A DNA stretch of 64,000 bases from a virus. The translations under genes were made by a program, and so were the position numbers. The notes under the pieces were generated by a model. It worked only from the letters and a program-made list of their open reading frames with translations. It made no database searches and was not told the origin of the DNA. The DNA lies in IMG/VR virus record IMGVR_UViG_3300028197_001229, positions 21,106-85,105 of that record. One strand, given 5' to 3'. Numbering within the stretch: position 1 is the stretch's first letter; the number at the start of each line of letters is the position of its first letter. Of the stretch, positions 20,516 through 30,895 are shown piece after piece.

Positions 20516-21696
20516 GTCAAAGTGTAATAACTTATAGCCCATCACTAGATGAGGCTACACGAGCTGGTATCAGTAGAGATGCACTGAGGTTAGCTAGAGA
20601 GCTATCTATACGACATGGTAACATCCGTATAACTAAGGAGGCGAGTGGGATTCATTTTTATATGGCTTCGCCTGTTTGCTTACAACAATACGGTCCTAGT
20701 GAACTGTATAAAATGCATCTAGCAGTAAACGTCGATAAATATGAATCTGGCGTAGATTTGTGCGGTATGTGTATGAAAACAAATACACCATATTCGGTAG
20801 ACGATTTACGTACTATGACAAACTTAAAGCGTAGGGGTTTTACCGATGCCCAACACACTATAACTATTAAACGTAATGATAACTACTTAGAAAAAGATAA
20901 AAATGGAAACTCTATACCAAAGCCTCCGGGAGATGTTACTCCTGTTATAGACTTACCTGATGGGCATCCTGTAGTGGCTTATATAAAATCACGTGATTAC
21001 GACCCACAGAAACTATATGATCAGTTCAAAGCAGCCTACTGTACTACTGCACGCGCTGATTACCCTACTAAAAGGTTATCAGGCGGTTTTTCTATTACAC
21101 CCCAGTGTAGGCTTATATTTTATATATACGTAGATGGTGTTCGTTTAGGTTGGCAGGGTCGTATCCTTGATTTCTCGGAAGATGGTACTAAACATTATTA
21201 CCACCCTACTTACGAAAAATGGGTTCCTATGGAATCAAAAAATGCTAGTGGTAAATGGGTACCACTACAAAATGTCGCAGATGGTTGGAATCCGGCTAAG
21301 TATATTCATGCCCCTGGCACTAATACTACTTTAGCCTTAATGGGATTTGATGCAGCCGTTGAATTTAACAAAGATAGAAATGTCAAAGTCATAGGTTTGA
21401 CCGAGGGCCCGCTGGATTCAGCGCGTCTTGGTATTCCTTTTTGCGCAGTTATGGGTAAACATTTTAGCCCAGATAAAGCAAAATTGTTGAGAAGGTTTGA
21501 CAAAGTAGTACTAGCTATACAAAATGACGATGCTAGTAAAACGTTACTAGATGAAGTAACTTCGGTGTTGTCAATCTACGGAGTTTCTTTGAAAGTTATC
21601 AAACCACCAAAGCAATACAATGACTACGGAGATATGCCACAGCATATTGTTGACTCCGTTGTAAAACCTGAGATAAACGAATACTTAAGCTTATGA
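20512..21696 (+). CDS. DNA primase (TOPRIM)
   Basis: 'GWQGR', TOPRIM 'TEGPLDS', 'AVMGK', 'QNDDA', 'NDYGD'; start moved to ATG 20512 (ATGA overlap). Confidence 0.75.
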   Translation: MSQSVITYSPSLDEATRAGISRDALRLARELSIRHGNIRITKEASGIHFYMASPVCLQQYGPSELYKMHLAVNVDKYESGVDLCGMCMKTNTPYSVDDLRTMTNLKRRGFTDAQHTITIKRNDNYLEKDKNGNSIPKPPGDVTPVIDLPDGHPVVAYIKSRDYDPQKLYDQFKAAYCTTARADYPTKRLSGGFSITPQCRLIFYIYVDGVRLGWQGRILDFSEDGTKHYYHPTYEKWVPMESKNASGKWVPLQNVADGWNPAKYIHAPGTNTTLALMGFDAAVEFNKDRNVKVIGLTEGPLDSARLGIPFCAVMGKHFSPDKAKLLRRFDKVVLAIQNDDASKTLLDEVTSVLSIYGVSLKVIKPPKQYNDYGDMPQHIVDSVVKPEINEYLSL

Positions 21697-21917
21697 ATAA
21701 ATTGGAAGACGAAATAGTTAAATTGAGCTACACAGCTAACATGTTGCAATCAATAATCGATAGATTAAATAAATGCTCTATAAACCTAGATTCGGATCCC
21801 GATCTTTCCTTAAGACTAAAAAGTATTCTTTATTACCAAGGTTGTGGTGATTACAATCGTACTTTGTTTGAAACTATTGATCTAGATAAAAATATTACAA
21901 AAAAGTGTCAGAAATAA
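21693..21917 (+). CDS. Small hypothetical protein
   Basis: 74 aa coupled to both primase and polymerase. Confidence 0.5.
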   Translation: MNKLEDEIVKLSYTANMLQSIIDRLNKCSINLDSDPDLSLRLKSILYYQGCGDYNRTLFETIDLDKNITKKCQK

Positions 21918-24900
21918 AACGTCAGCTGGCAAAAGGCGAGTACCCTGAGTGGTGCAAGTCTAGCCCGCCAAATTCGTTAAATAAAAATAGAACTATAGAT
22001 GGTGTACTTCACTTTGCAGGTGTGGGTAAAAAACCTGCAGATGTTATGTTTGTTGCCCCATGTGTATTATTCGAGGAGGCTAATGATCGGACATCTCCGG
22101 CAAGACTATTAAAAGGTCCAGCATCTAATCTGTTTTTACGGAATCTAAAAAGAGTTGGTTTTAACACCGACGAAATATATTATACAACATTATGTAAATA
22201 CACACTTCCAATGGGTCGTAACATGCGCCCAAAGATGGAAGATTTACGTTGGAGTCAAACAATAATTGAAAAAGAGATTGAAGAAGTATCTCCTAAAATA
22301 ATTGTTTGCTTGGGGAAACAAGTTTTTGATTTCTTTGTTGATTTCAAAGCTACATTTAAAGACGTACACGGTGGGTTTTTCCACAGTACTTATTATGACT
22401 GTTTGGTTTATGTTACGGATCAGCTTACTACTTCTTTCCTTAAGCCTGAATACATAAGTCGTTCCATAACCGATTTAGCTTGTGTAAAGCGACATCTAGA
22501 CGATGTAGCTGGAGTAGGTATACCCACACACCCAATAGACTATAAAACAGTCTCTACACGTACTGAGTTAGTTAAACTGTTTTCTGATATTGAAGCTCTT
22601 AAGCCCTCTGTACTAAGTGTAGACTGTGAGTGGGCAGGTGATACCTATATTAGTGGTACACTAAGATCTATTCAGCTATGTTGGGCACCGGGTAAAGCAG
22701 CTTACATAATGTTCAGGGACCAAGCCGGTTTATGGGTTTGGGATAAGCCGCAACCAGACATCTATAAACAAGTTGGTAACTTTCTTAACAAAGGTTATAA
22801 GTTTATAGGTCATAACTTGTGTGCTGACTTTATGTGGATGCATCATTGTTTAGGTGTTGATACTTATCAGAAATGTGCGTTTGACACTATGTATGCTGAG
22901 TTCTTGTTAGATGAGTATGCAGACTTAAAGTTAGAACGTTTATCACTTAAGTACACGGACCTCGGTCGTTACGACACAGAGTTATTCTTAACTAAGAAAA
23001 AATTAAAAATAACATCTGATGAAGGTTATGGTCGTATACCAGACGACGTACTTATACCTTACGCTTGTAAGGATGTGGATGTTGTAATGAGGGCTTATCC
23101 CATTTTACTACAAAAGCTTTATGCGGAAAAATTAAATTCATATTATTTCGATATAAACTTACCATATGTTGCCGACTCGTTTTTTGAAATGGCTCTTGCC
23201 GGGTTACCTATAAATAGATCTTATCTAGATGTAATGCGCTCGGTGTTCACAAATAATGAAACTCTGCTACTGCTCGAGCTTAGGATGAGTCTTAAAGAAG
23301 AAGCTAATCTCTTTCTAGCAGAAAAGCTCTACAAAGCATTCGGCCAAGCTGGTTACACTCTGTTTAGTGAATTGGTTCAACTAGACAATCGTAGATTTGA
23401 ACTTAGAGAACAACTGTATACTTACCCAGAGTTAGATACAACATATGTTCCTTGGGATTCTGCTAAATATTCTTCTGCAAAAATTATTGCGATGTATTCT
23501 GAACCACTTGAAATAAAAGAAAATTTATCTTCAAGTGAAAAATCTGAATGTATTAAAGAACTAACAGATGTACATAATAAATGTTTAACTAAACTTAAAA
23601 GCCTAGTAAATCCGGAATCGTTTCCTGAATTTCTACCTTTGTTTGAGCATTGGTGGGACGCAAATGAGTTTAAAATAAGAAGTGATGCTCATAAACGACG
23701 TTGGTTATTTTCTGTAAAAAAGTTTGAACCTGTAAAGACTACTAAGAAAGATGGTGTCCAAATGCCCTGGGAGTCTGTTTTGAAGTTGGATAAAGCTAGA
23801 CAATTAGAGCATTCACCATCTACTGATAAGGAAACTATACAAATACTATCTGAGAAATGTATTTTAGTTTCTCGGGTCTTGGAGTTAAACTCTGTAGGCA
23901 ACATTGTGAAGATGTTTCTTAAAGGTCCAGATGCTAATGGTAAAGAACAAGGTCTACATAAATGGATACAATCTGATGGTAGGCTTCACTGTAATTTTGC
24001 TACAACAGAAACTGGTCGTCCTCGTACTTGGAATCCTAACGTATTGAACTACCCAAAAGCTATTACACGTCCGATCGAAGCAGCTTTCAAGCGGTTAGGT
24101 CAGGACAAACCTTACAGCTTACGATCATGTGTAGAGGCTCCAGAAGGTTGGTGTCTTGTTGACGCTGATTTGGAAACTGCAGAGGTGCTTGGATTAGCTT
24201 ATATATCTGGGGATGATGAGATGATAGATGTCTGTTCTTCCGGAGATAAGAACTTCGTACAGATAAACTCGGATAAAGCAGAAGAATATTCCATACCGTG
24301 GATTCGCTTTAAAGGAATTGATTGTGCCAGGTTAGAAAATATAGCCGATCACGACGATTGCTTGATACTTGATAACTCTGGTGAGTACATACGACCGCTT
24401 AGGGATATGCACTGGGAGATGGCCGAGACAATGCACAGTAAATCTAGAGAAGAACTAGATGCGGATATAGATAGGCTTGCTGGTAAGATAGGTATGTTTT
24501 CTATACCATATGGTGCGTCACCTAAGTTACTCGAAAGAACCATTGAGAGTATCACAGGTATAAAGCCTGATCCGGATATTGGTGAAAAGTTAATAGATGC
24601 TTATGAAACTAAGTTTCCTGTAGCTGCAGCTTTTCTGAAAGCACAGGAAGCTTGCGTAGAGGAGCCCGGTTACTATAGATCGATATCAGGTAGGGTTCGT
24701 CATTTTCATACACATGGGTTATCTACAGAAGGTTTATCGGAACGAGCCCGAAAGTCTCTAATGGCTCCACTAGCTAGGGAAGCTAGGAACTATCCTATGC
24801 AAGAGATTGTTGCTGCTACTATGGCTAGAGCTGTTAATTCTTTAGTTGCTGAGTTTAAAGCACGCGGTATGAGTGCTAGACCTATGATACTACTACACGA

Positions 24901-25090
24901 CGCATTGACTGTACTTAGTCCTATAGAAGAAAGATGGGAAGTCCGAAAACTTTTGCAGAAATGTATGAGTGACGGTACAACCTGGGATGTTAATAGTAAA
25001 ACACTTCAGTTTGCTATAGATGTTGACTTTTCATTTAGGTGGGGTATGAAACCATCTAAAGAAGAATCATTATTACTAAACACACAATAG
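21905..25090 (+). CDS. polA: Family A DNA polymerase with N-terminal UDG-like domain and 3'-5' exonuclease
   Basis: UDG family-4-like N-terminus ('ADVMFVAP..EE', 'EIEEVSPKIIVCLGK'); Exo I 'VDCEW', Exo II 'GHNL..DF', Exo III 'YACKD'; Pol motif A 'DADLETAE', B 'K...FSIPYG', C 'HDAL'; 'TGR'. Confidence 0.9.
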   Translation: MSEIKRQLAKGEYPEWCKSSPPNSLNKNRTIDGVLHFAGVGKKPADVMFVAPCVLFEEANDRTSPARLLKGPASNLFLRNLKRVGFNTDEIYYTTLCKYTLPMGRNMRPKMEDLRWSQTIIEKEIEEVSPKIIVCLGKQVFDFFVDFKATFKDVHGGFFHSTYYDCLVYVTDQLTTSFLKPEYISRSITDLACVKRHLDDVAGVGIPTHPIDYKTVSTRTELVKLFSDIEALKPSVLSVDCEWAGDTYISGTLRSIQLCWAPGKAAYIMFRDQAGLWVWDKPQPDIYKQVGNFLNKGYKFIGHNLCADFMWMHHCLGVDTYQKCAFDTMYAEFLLDEYADLKLERLSLKYTDLGRYDTELFLTKKKLKITSDEGYGRIPDDVLIPYACKDVDVVMRAYPILLQKLYAEKLNSYYFDINLPYVADSFFEMALAGLPINRSYLDVMRSVFTNNETLLLLELRMSLKEEANLFLAEKLYKAFGQAGYTLFSELVQLDNRRFELREQLYTYPELDTTYVPWDSAKYSSAKIIAMYSEPLEIKENLSSSEKSECIKELTDVHNKCLTKLKSLVNPESFPEFLPLFEHWWDANEFKIRSDAHKRRWLFSVKKFEPVKTTKKDGVQMPWESVLKLDKARQLEHSPSTDKETIQILSEKCILVSRVLELNSVGNIVKMFLKGPDANGKEQGLHKWIQSDGRLHCNFATTETGRPRTWNPNVLNYPKAITRPIEAAFKRLGQDKPYSLRSCVEAPEGWCLVDADLETAEVLGLAYISGDDEMIDVCSSGDKNFVQINSDKAEEYSIPWIRFKGIDCARLENIADHDDCLILDNSGEYIRPLRDMHWEMAETMHSKSREELDADIDRLAGKIGMFSIPYGASPKLLERTIESITGIKPDPDIGEKLIDAYETKFPVAAAFLKAQEACVEEPGYYRSISGRVRHFHTHGLSTEGLSERARKSLMAPLAREARNYPMQEIVAATMARAVNSLVAEFKARGMSARPMILLHDALTVLSPIEERWEVRKLLQKCMSDGTTWDVNSKTLQFAIDVDFSFRWGMKPSKEESLLLNTQ

Positions 25091-25105
25091 AATTATTGCT
25101 AATTT

Positions 25106-25123
25106 TACGTTATATATAATTGG
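25106..25123 (+). promoter_or_regulatory. Recurring intergenic motif (TACGTTATATATAATTGG), putative phage promoter
   Basis: Upstream of the SSB-like gene; followed by hairpin ggtacca-caca-tggtatc. Confidence 0.6.
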
Positions 25124-25203
25124 TACCACACATGGTATCATTCCTTTTTGTTATGTATTCACAAGATACTGAATTAAACTAACCAAATAAAAAAATATAC
25201 ATT

Positions 25204-26487
25204 ATGTTAATAGGTGGATCCCAAGCAGATAGTTCCCGGAGTTTTACTCACGGGTTCTTTCACGATGGTGTTAAAAGCACCCAGTTTAAAGCGTCGTCTC
25301 AATATTTCTTGAGACTATTGCCGGCATTTGATCAGGACAAACAAGGTACTCCTGATTTTGAAAGTTCACACGTACCTTACCGGAATAAAGAGCTTCCGGA
25401 AGATTGGAAAACCAAAACTCCTGGCTTTAGTAGCTGGTTTTTTGTGGTTCAAGGTTATACGTTCTTTGGAAAAGGAAACGTATCGCTATTGTCTCCGTTG
25501 TCCGCTGTTCACGGTGGTCACAGTAAAGTTGGTAAGGATCCTATACTGGACATCCGTAACTTTGCTGAGAAATCTGACGATCCGTTGGTACGTCAGCTTA
25601 CAGAGGATAAAAGTTTCAAAGAGCGTGCAGCAGCACCAACTCCGCGTTACTTTGTTCTAACTAACGTACTGTTGATGACAGATCTTAATAGTAAGCGTAC
25701 TGAGAATCAAGTCGGGATTTTCACAAATGCTGCTTGGACAGATCTTAAGGGTAAGCTTGCTGGACGTGCTGGACGTAACGACGAAGTTATTTCCCGCGAC
25801 TGGGAAGATTTCTTGTATGGCGACGTCACGCATCCATCGGAGGGTCTTGCTGCAACAGTAAGGGAGACTTCTGCTGAAGCTAATGAATCTATACGATTTG
25901 CTGGCATTCATTTTGCAGACGCACCCGGTCGTCTTGATGGTCATCAGAAGTGGGATATTACAGATAACCCTGGTGCTTTGACTAATCGTTACAGTATATC
26001 TGATGACGAAAATGTTACTAGAATTTGGTCTTATGACGAGATACTAGAGTATCTTGTCCAGGATGGTATTGTTCCTTATGACATTATTGAGCGCGCTTGC
26101 TCTCAGTACGCTGAAAATGACATACCAAAGCAATCAGGCCAAGCAAAGGAAGCAACATACTCCATACCTAGTCAAACTACGGTAGAAAGTGATGTGGAAG
26201 AAAACGCTCAGGAAGCTAATACCTTAGGTACTAGTAGTACACCAACACCACCAGCCGAAAAGGTTGCTGAAGTTGCACCTACTCCACGTGTACCCGTAGA
26301 AGCATCCGTAGGTAATACCACTGAACCGGAAGTAGGAGCTGCTACTGAAGCAGATTCTAGTCCCGACGTAGCTCGTTACAATGACTTGGCTGCTAAGTTT
26401 AAGGATAATCCAAACAACTTAGCAGCGGAAGAACTTCCAGAGTTTTTTGACTTATGTGCAAAACTCGGAGTTTCTCCTAACAGCTAA
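25204..26487 (+). CDS. Putative single-stranded DNA-binding protein (gp32-like)
   Basis: 'FLRLLPAF' N-terminal motif, aromatic core, long acidic P/T/E-rich tail; lies between polA and recA with its own promoter and terminator. Confidence 0.55.
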   Translation: MLIGGSQADSSRSFTHGFFHDGVKSTQFKASSQYFLRLLPAFDQDKQGTPDFESSHVPYRNKELPEDWKTKTPGFSSWFFVVQGYTFFGKGNVSLLSPLSAVHGGHSKVGKDPILDIRNFAEKSDDPLVRQLTEDKSFKERAAAPTPRYFVLTNVLLMTDLNSKRTENQVGIFTNAAWTDLKGKLAGRAGRNDEVISRDWEDFLYGDVTHPSEGLAATVRETSAEANESIRFAGIHFADAPGRLDGHQKWDITDNPGALTNRYSISDDENVTRIWSYDEILEYLVQDGIVPYDIIERACSQYAENDIPKQSGQAKEATYSIPSQTTVESDVEENAQEANTLGTSSTPTPPAEKVAEVAPTPRVPVEASVGNTTEPEVGAATEADSSPDVARYNDLAAKFKDNPNNLAAEELPEFFDLCAKLGVSPNS

Positions 26488-26500
26488 AACTTGAATAATT

Positions 26501-26530
26501 AAGTCGGGGGTCATCTGGCCCCCGACTTTT
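26501..26530 (+). terminator. Rho-independent terminator
   Basis: aagtcgggggtc-atct-ggcccccgactt followed by a short T run. Confidence 0.75.
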
Positions 26531-26546
26531 ATACCAACAAAATATA

Positions 26547-27821
26547 ATGCCAAGAAAGAAAAAAATAGTTGAAACTCCTAGTTGTGAGTTCAATCTTTTG
26601 GAAGACAATAGTTTTTCAGATCAAGTAAAAGAAACAATGTTGGCTATGGCCAGCAAACGAAAGTCAGCATCCTCTGTTACAGCTATGTCTGATCTACAAC
26701 GTGAGTATGTAACCTTAGACAGTTTTTACATGCAGGCAACCCTGGGTATGTGTGGTCTCCCGCATGGTACACTGTTAGAGATATTAGGACAAGACGGTGT
26801 GGGTAAGAGTTCTTTGATATTTACCATAGCAGGCAATGCTATGGCACAAGGTTCTCCATTTTTTTACGTGGAGACAGAAGGTAAGCCAATGAATGATGAA
26901 CGTGTTCGTAGGTGTCTACATCCCGACCCAACAGCTGCAGAAAACATTTTTTCTAAAATTACTATGCAGACTTGCGATGACATACCAAGTATGGTTGCAG
27001 CGTTAGAAGATTTTGTAGAAGTTTGTCGTAACCAGATTGGCGTGCCTAAAAGTACTCCACTTGTTTGCGCTGTAGATTCTTTTTCAAAGCTTATGTCTCC
27101 TAACGAAGCTATGGGTAGATCGTTCTATGCTGAGGATGCTAAAAAGAAAGAATTTGGTACTGACAAGGTCAATTTTGGACATAGTAAATTTGCTCATCAG
27201 TGGTGTAGAATACTTCCATCTTGGTTAAAGCAGAACAATGTTGTGTTAATGATTGTATCGCACCAGAATCAGCAAGTAAGTACAGGTTTCGGTGGTGGCA
27301 GTTTTATGTCACCTGAGGTTGCTGCAAGCTATAACCGTACAAAGATTGGTGGTAATGCTTTTAATCAAAACGCAGCATTGCAATTAATACTTACACGTAA
27401 GGGTGTGGCAAAACGTGGTACAGAAAAAGTGGGTTCTATAATAAAGGCAACTGTGGCAAAAAACTCTTACGGGCCGGAAGGCGGATTCTTTGAGTTTGAA
27501 GTAGTAGGTCGCCCATACCTCGATACTGAGACATGGAAACAACCTTCTCTTTATATGGGAAACACTACAGCAGCTTGGCTAGCTACTAACAAGCACTGTG
27601 GTGTAGTGGAAACCCGAAAACGTTATTCGTGTGAAGAGTTGAATATAGTTGGTGAAACAGCAGAAGACTTTTATCCAAAATTTATGGATAGTCATCTCAA
27701 GGACGAACTTGGTTCTCAACTTAACATTGTTGGTTACACTGTTACAGACACTGCTAACGACGAACTTGAAAAATTAGAAGATGAAACTGAGCAAGTACAA
27801 TCTGAAACTGACACTGAGTAA
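26547..27821 (+). CDS. recA: RecA/UvsX-like recombinase
   Basis: 'GLPHGTLLEILGQDGVGKS' Walker A, 'YVETEG', 'AVDSF', 'IGGNA', 'KNSYG'. Confidence 0.85.
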   Translation: MPRKKKIVETPSCEFNLLEDNSFSDQVKETMLAMASKRKSASSVTAMSDLQREYVTLDSFYMQATLGMCGLPHGTLLEILGQDGVGKSSLIFTIAGNAMAQGSPFFYVETEGKPMNDERVRRCLHPDPTAAENIFSKITMQTCDDIPSMVAALEDFVEVCRNQIGVPKSTPLVCAVDSFSKLMSPNEAMGRSFYAEDAKKKEFGTDKVNFGHSKFAHQWCRILPSWLKQNNVVLMIVSHQNQQVSTGFGGGSFMSPEVAASYNRTKIGGNAFNQNAALQLILTRKGVAKRGTEKVGSIIKATVAKNSYGPEGGFFEFEVVGRPYLDTETWKQPSLYMGNTTAAWLATNKHCGVVETRKRYSCEELNIVGETAEDFYPKFMDSHLKDELGSQLNIVGYTVTDTANDELEKLEDETEQVQSETDTE

Positions 27822-28278
27822 ACTGAACATAGTCATAGATTCTGACTCGGATTGGGAAGCTATACTTGATACAATATACGAACGGATTGACGTAACAGTA
27901 GGTCCTTTTTATAGGGAAATAGCGAATAGAGATTTCCTTTTAGTTTACGAAGATAGATACCCCCTATATGCAGATATGCATAGGGGGGTTAAGTCTTCTT
28001 TTGTGTCGCGTATAGTAAACAATGATTTGGAATGTTTGGTACTAGTACATGACTCAGTTTTATCTGGGTTGGACGGGCTTTACATAGCATATGCTACTGA
28101 AGAAAGGAACAACATGGAGCTGTTATTTGCAGCAATTAAATTTGATTTAAACTTTTACTGCAAACAGTTAAAAGTTAAATCTAGTATAGGACATGGTGGG
28201 GATAATGATATAAACTTAGCAATAGTGCCTGTAGCATCCCTATTAAGTTCGGACAAAGAATATCAATACGAGCCGTAA
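27781..28278 (+). CDS. Hypothetical protein
   Basis: 165 aa ORF in operon. Confidence 0.55.
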   Translation: MKLSKYNLKLTLSKLNIVIDSDSDWEAILDTIYERIDVTVGPFYREIANRDFLLVYEDRYPLYADMHRGVKSSFVSRIVNNDLECLVLVHDSVLSGLDGLYIAYATEERNNMELLFAAIKFDLNFYCKQLKVKSSIGHGGDNDINLAIVPVASLLSSDKEYQYEP

Positions 28279-28722
28279 GTGGATAATATACACTACCCTT
28301 TACAAGGAGTAGCTTATTATTTTCTTCGCCGCAGACGTAAGCCAGAAATTTGTTTCTGGCATTTAAATCATACTTCGTACGAAAAGGTCATAGGACCGCT
28401 ACCTACCAAGGAGTTTGACAGTGAAGGTTCAGTTATCTTCGAGGACATACACAGTTATTTAAATCAATTTAACAAACACATGTACGTAGATAGAGGAAAC
28501 CCTCCTCGTCTAGGTGATATGATACTGTATATTCCTGATGACACTGCAACTATCTATGACAAGATTATAGGAGCGTTCTTCGTTTCAAGAAGTTTGTTTG
28601 ACAGTTTTCAAGTCGAATGTAGTTTCGTAGATTTTACACCTGATGACAGATATGGATTTGTCTTAGTTGATCACAAATTTATGAACAAAAATATTATTCA
28701 CGAAATAACCCAATCACTATGA
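28279..28722 (+). CDS. Hypothetical protein
   Basis: 147 aa, GTG start abutting the previous stop. Confidence 0.55.
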   Translation: MDNIHYPLQGVAYYFLRRRRKPEICFWHLNHTSYEKVIGPLPTKEFDSEGSVIFEDIHSYLNQFNKHMYVDRGNPPRLGDMILYIPDDTATIYDKIIGAFFVSRSLFDSFQVECSFVDFTPDDRYGFVLVDHKFMNKNIIHEITQSL

Positions 28723-29270
28723 CAACCAATCCCGGTACACCATCACCACCAGATCCGTTTTACAACAAACATGTTGTTTACGTTTATCCTGCAATAGATG
28801 CTTATACCAATATGCATCCACGGCATCCTGATACTCCTTGCACTCTTGTACTTGAGCACACCAAAGGCTCTGAAGTTTTAGATCATAAAGTTTACGAGTT
28901 ACATACAACACTAGTCTCGGCAAGAGATTGGGATCCTGTTATAGAAACTATAAACGTATACTATAATGTTTCTGGGCCTAGTACATACATGGTGAGTATA
29001 CACAACTTGTCTCTTATACAGAGGGCTGCCTGGTGGTGGTCTAGGCGTTGTATGCTACCCGATCCAACATGGAACAGTAATCATGTCCAGAAGGACATTG
29101 TGAATCATTATAATGGTCCTGCTATAATTACAGCAGAGGAGCGTTTTAATTTTAACGTAAACTTAGCTTGTTTGTCACTAGGTGAAGATGTTATGCAATC
29201 TAATGCATACAAATCTATTGACGATCAGTTTTTAAATTTTAAAAAATTATGGCAATTAGTGCGAAGTTAA
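28719..29270 (+). CDS. Hypothetical protein
   Basis: 183 aa, ATGA overlap. Confidence 0.55.
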   Translation: MTTNPGTPSPPDPFYNKHVVYVYPAIDAYTNMHPRHPDTPCTLVLEHTKGSEVLDHKVYELHTTLVSARDWDPVIETINVYYNVSGPSTYMVSIHNLSLIQRAAWWWSRRCMLPDPTWNSNHVQKDIVNHYNGPAIITAEERFNFNVNLACLSLGEDVMQSNAYKSIDDQFLNFKKLWQLVRS

Positions 29271-30895
29271 AACCTAGAGAAGTTAAATCCTGTGGAGACA
29301 GCTACTTAAAGGGGTGTCAGAAAATAGAAGAAGTTTTAAAAGAACTAAATTTTGGCTCATTACGAGAGGGTCAAGATCAAGCCGTTATGAACTTATTAAT
29401 GAAGCGGGATACACTTTGTGTATTACCCACAGGCTTCGGTAAGTCTGCTATATACATTGTACCTACTCGTGCACTAGAATGGAAAGCTCTTATATTTAGT
29501 CCCTTAGTATCACTTATGAAAGATCAAGTTGAGTCACTTTGGGATAAAGGTTATAAGGCTGGTCAAATATCCTCTGGACAAACTGCTTCTGAAAATAACG
29601 CAGTTATAGCTGATTGGGAGCGAGGTGATCTTCAATTTTTGCTTGTTGCACCCGAACGTTTGCAAAACGAGCAGTTCGTTGACATGATGCGTTGTTATAA
29701 ACCTAACATGGTTGTAGTAGATGAGGCTCACTGCGTTTCACAGTGGGCACATAGCTTTCGCCCAGACTATGTAAAGATAGGAGATTTTGTTTCTGACATT
29801 TCTCCGGAAGTTGTTTTAGCGTTAACTGCAACATTGACTCCAGACATGGAAACTGATGTAAGAGATACATTAACAATAACTGGGGCTGAGAGGATAACAT
29901 TTTATCCACAACGTAGGAATCTTACGTTTGAAAGATATCCTTACAGTATAGATGTGTTACGTTCTACACTTAACAGTATGAGTGGTAGCACTATTGTTTA
30001 CTGCTCTACACGTAAGAAAACACAGGAGTTATATACTACACTAAAGGGTCAGATAACAGGAGACTGTTTAGTCTACAACGGCGGTATGAGTTCTGACGAG
30101 CGAACAACTAGTCAAAACTTGTTTATGAGTAATGACGTTAGGGTTATGTTTGCTACGAATGCATTCGGACTAGGTGTTGATAAGGGTGACATACGTTGTG
30201 TCGTACATGTTGATATTCCAGGCTCGGTCGAGCAATATGTACAGGAAACTGGACGTGCTGGACGTGATGGTGGAGATTCTAGGTGTATACTATTAGAGGA
30301 CGTTAGATCTATATCTACACAACAGTGGTTCTTAGAAACTACATATCCTGACGAGCAAACTATCCGATCAGTGTACACTATATTCTCAAATGTTGCTGAC
30401 TCTAACGGAGTAGCCCGGTTAACTAATGTTGACGTTGCTAAAAAATTAAATCTCAATGCAGCATATGTTACTTCTGCTAAATCAGTGCTTATAGCAAATA
30501 ACGTTATAGAATCAAAACCCTCAAAAACAAAAATATGTAAAGTTAAAATTATTGACAAGGAATCTACCGAAGACTTACTAGAAAGTGTTCAAACATATGG
30601 TCATCCAGTTAATGATTTCTTTGAAGTAAATATTGAGTTTCTTTCTGAGCAGCTTGGTATAGCCCCGCCCACACTTAAGTCTAAACTTTCAAAGTTGGAT
30701 AAAGAAGGCGTAATCATTTACATAGCTCCATTTAGGGGGAATCCAGTTACACTGTTGGGTGACATAACTTTGGTGGATTTTAAATCCTGTGATTCTAAAA
30801 GAAAGATTGCTCAAAACAAACTTGTAGATTTACTAGAGTTTTTAAAACTCGAAAATAATGAGAAACATGAATATCTAACAGAATATTTTTCATGA
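29249..30895 (+). CDS. recQ: RecQ-family DNA helicase
   Basis: 'LREGQ', 'LPTGFGKS', 'SPLVSLMKDQ', 'DEAHCVSQWAHSFRPDY', 'ALTAT', 'ATNAFGLGVD', 'QETGRAGRDG'. Confidence 0.93.
   Translation: MAISAKLKPREVKSCGDSYLKGCQKIEEVLKELNFGSLREGQDQAVMNLLMKRDTLCVLPTGFGKSAIYIVPTRALEWKALIFSPLVSLMKDQVESLWDKGYKAGQISSGQTASENNAVIADWERGDLQFLLVAPERLQNEQFVDMMRCYKPNMVVVDEAHCVSQWAHSFRPDYVKIGDFVSDISPEVVLALTATLTPDMETDVRDTLTITGAERITFYPQRRNLTFERYPYSIDVLRSTLNSMSGSTIVYCSTRKKTQELYTTLKGQITGDCLVYNGGMSSDERTTSQNLFMSNDVRVMFATNAFGLGVDKGDIRCVVHVDIPGSVEQYVQETGRAGRDGGDSRCILLEDVRSISTQQWFLETTYPDEQTIRSVYTIFSNVADSNGVARLTNVDVAKKLNLNAAYVTSAKSVLIANNVIESKPSKTKICKVKIIDKESTEDLLESVQTYGHPVNDFFEVNIEFLSEQLGIAPPTLKSKLSKLDKEGVIIYIAPFRGNPVTLLGDITLVDFKSCDSKRKIAQNKLVDLLEFLKLENNEKHEYLTEYFS

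Noticed and set aside
8397-30895. Inteins or introns in terL, dnaB, polA, recA or recQ
   Set aside because: Lengths are ordinary, motifs are contiguous, and no intein C...HN boundaries or LAGLIDADG blocks were seen
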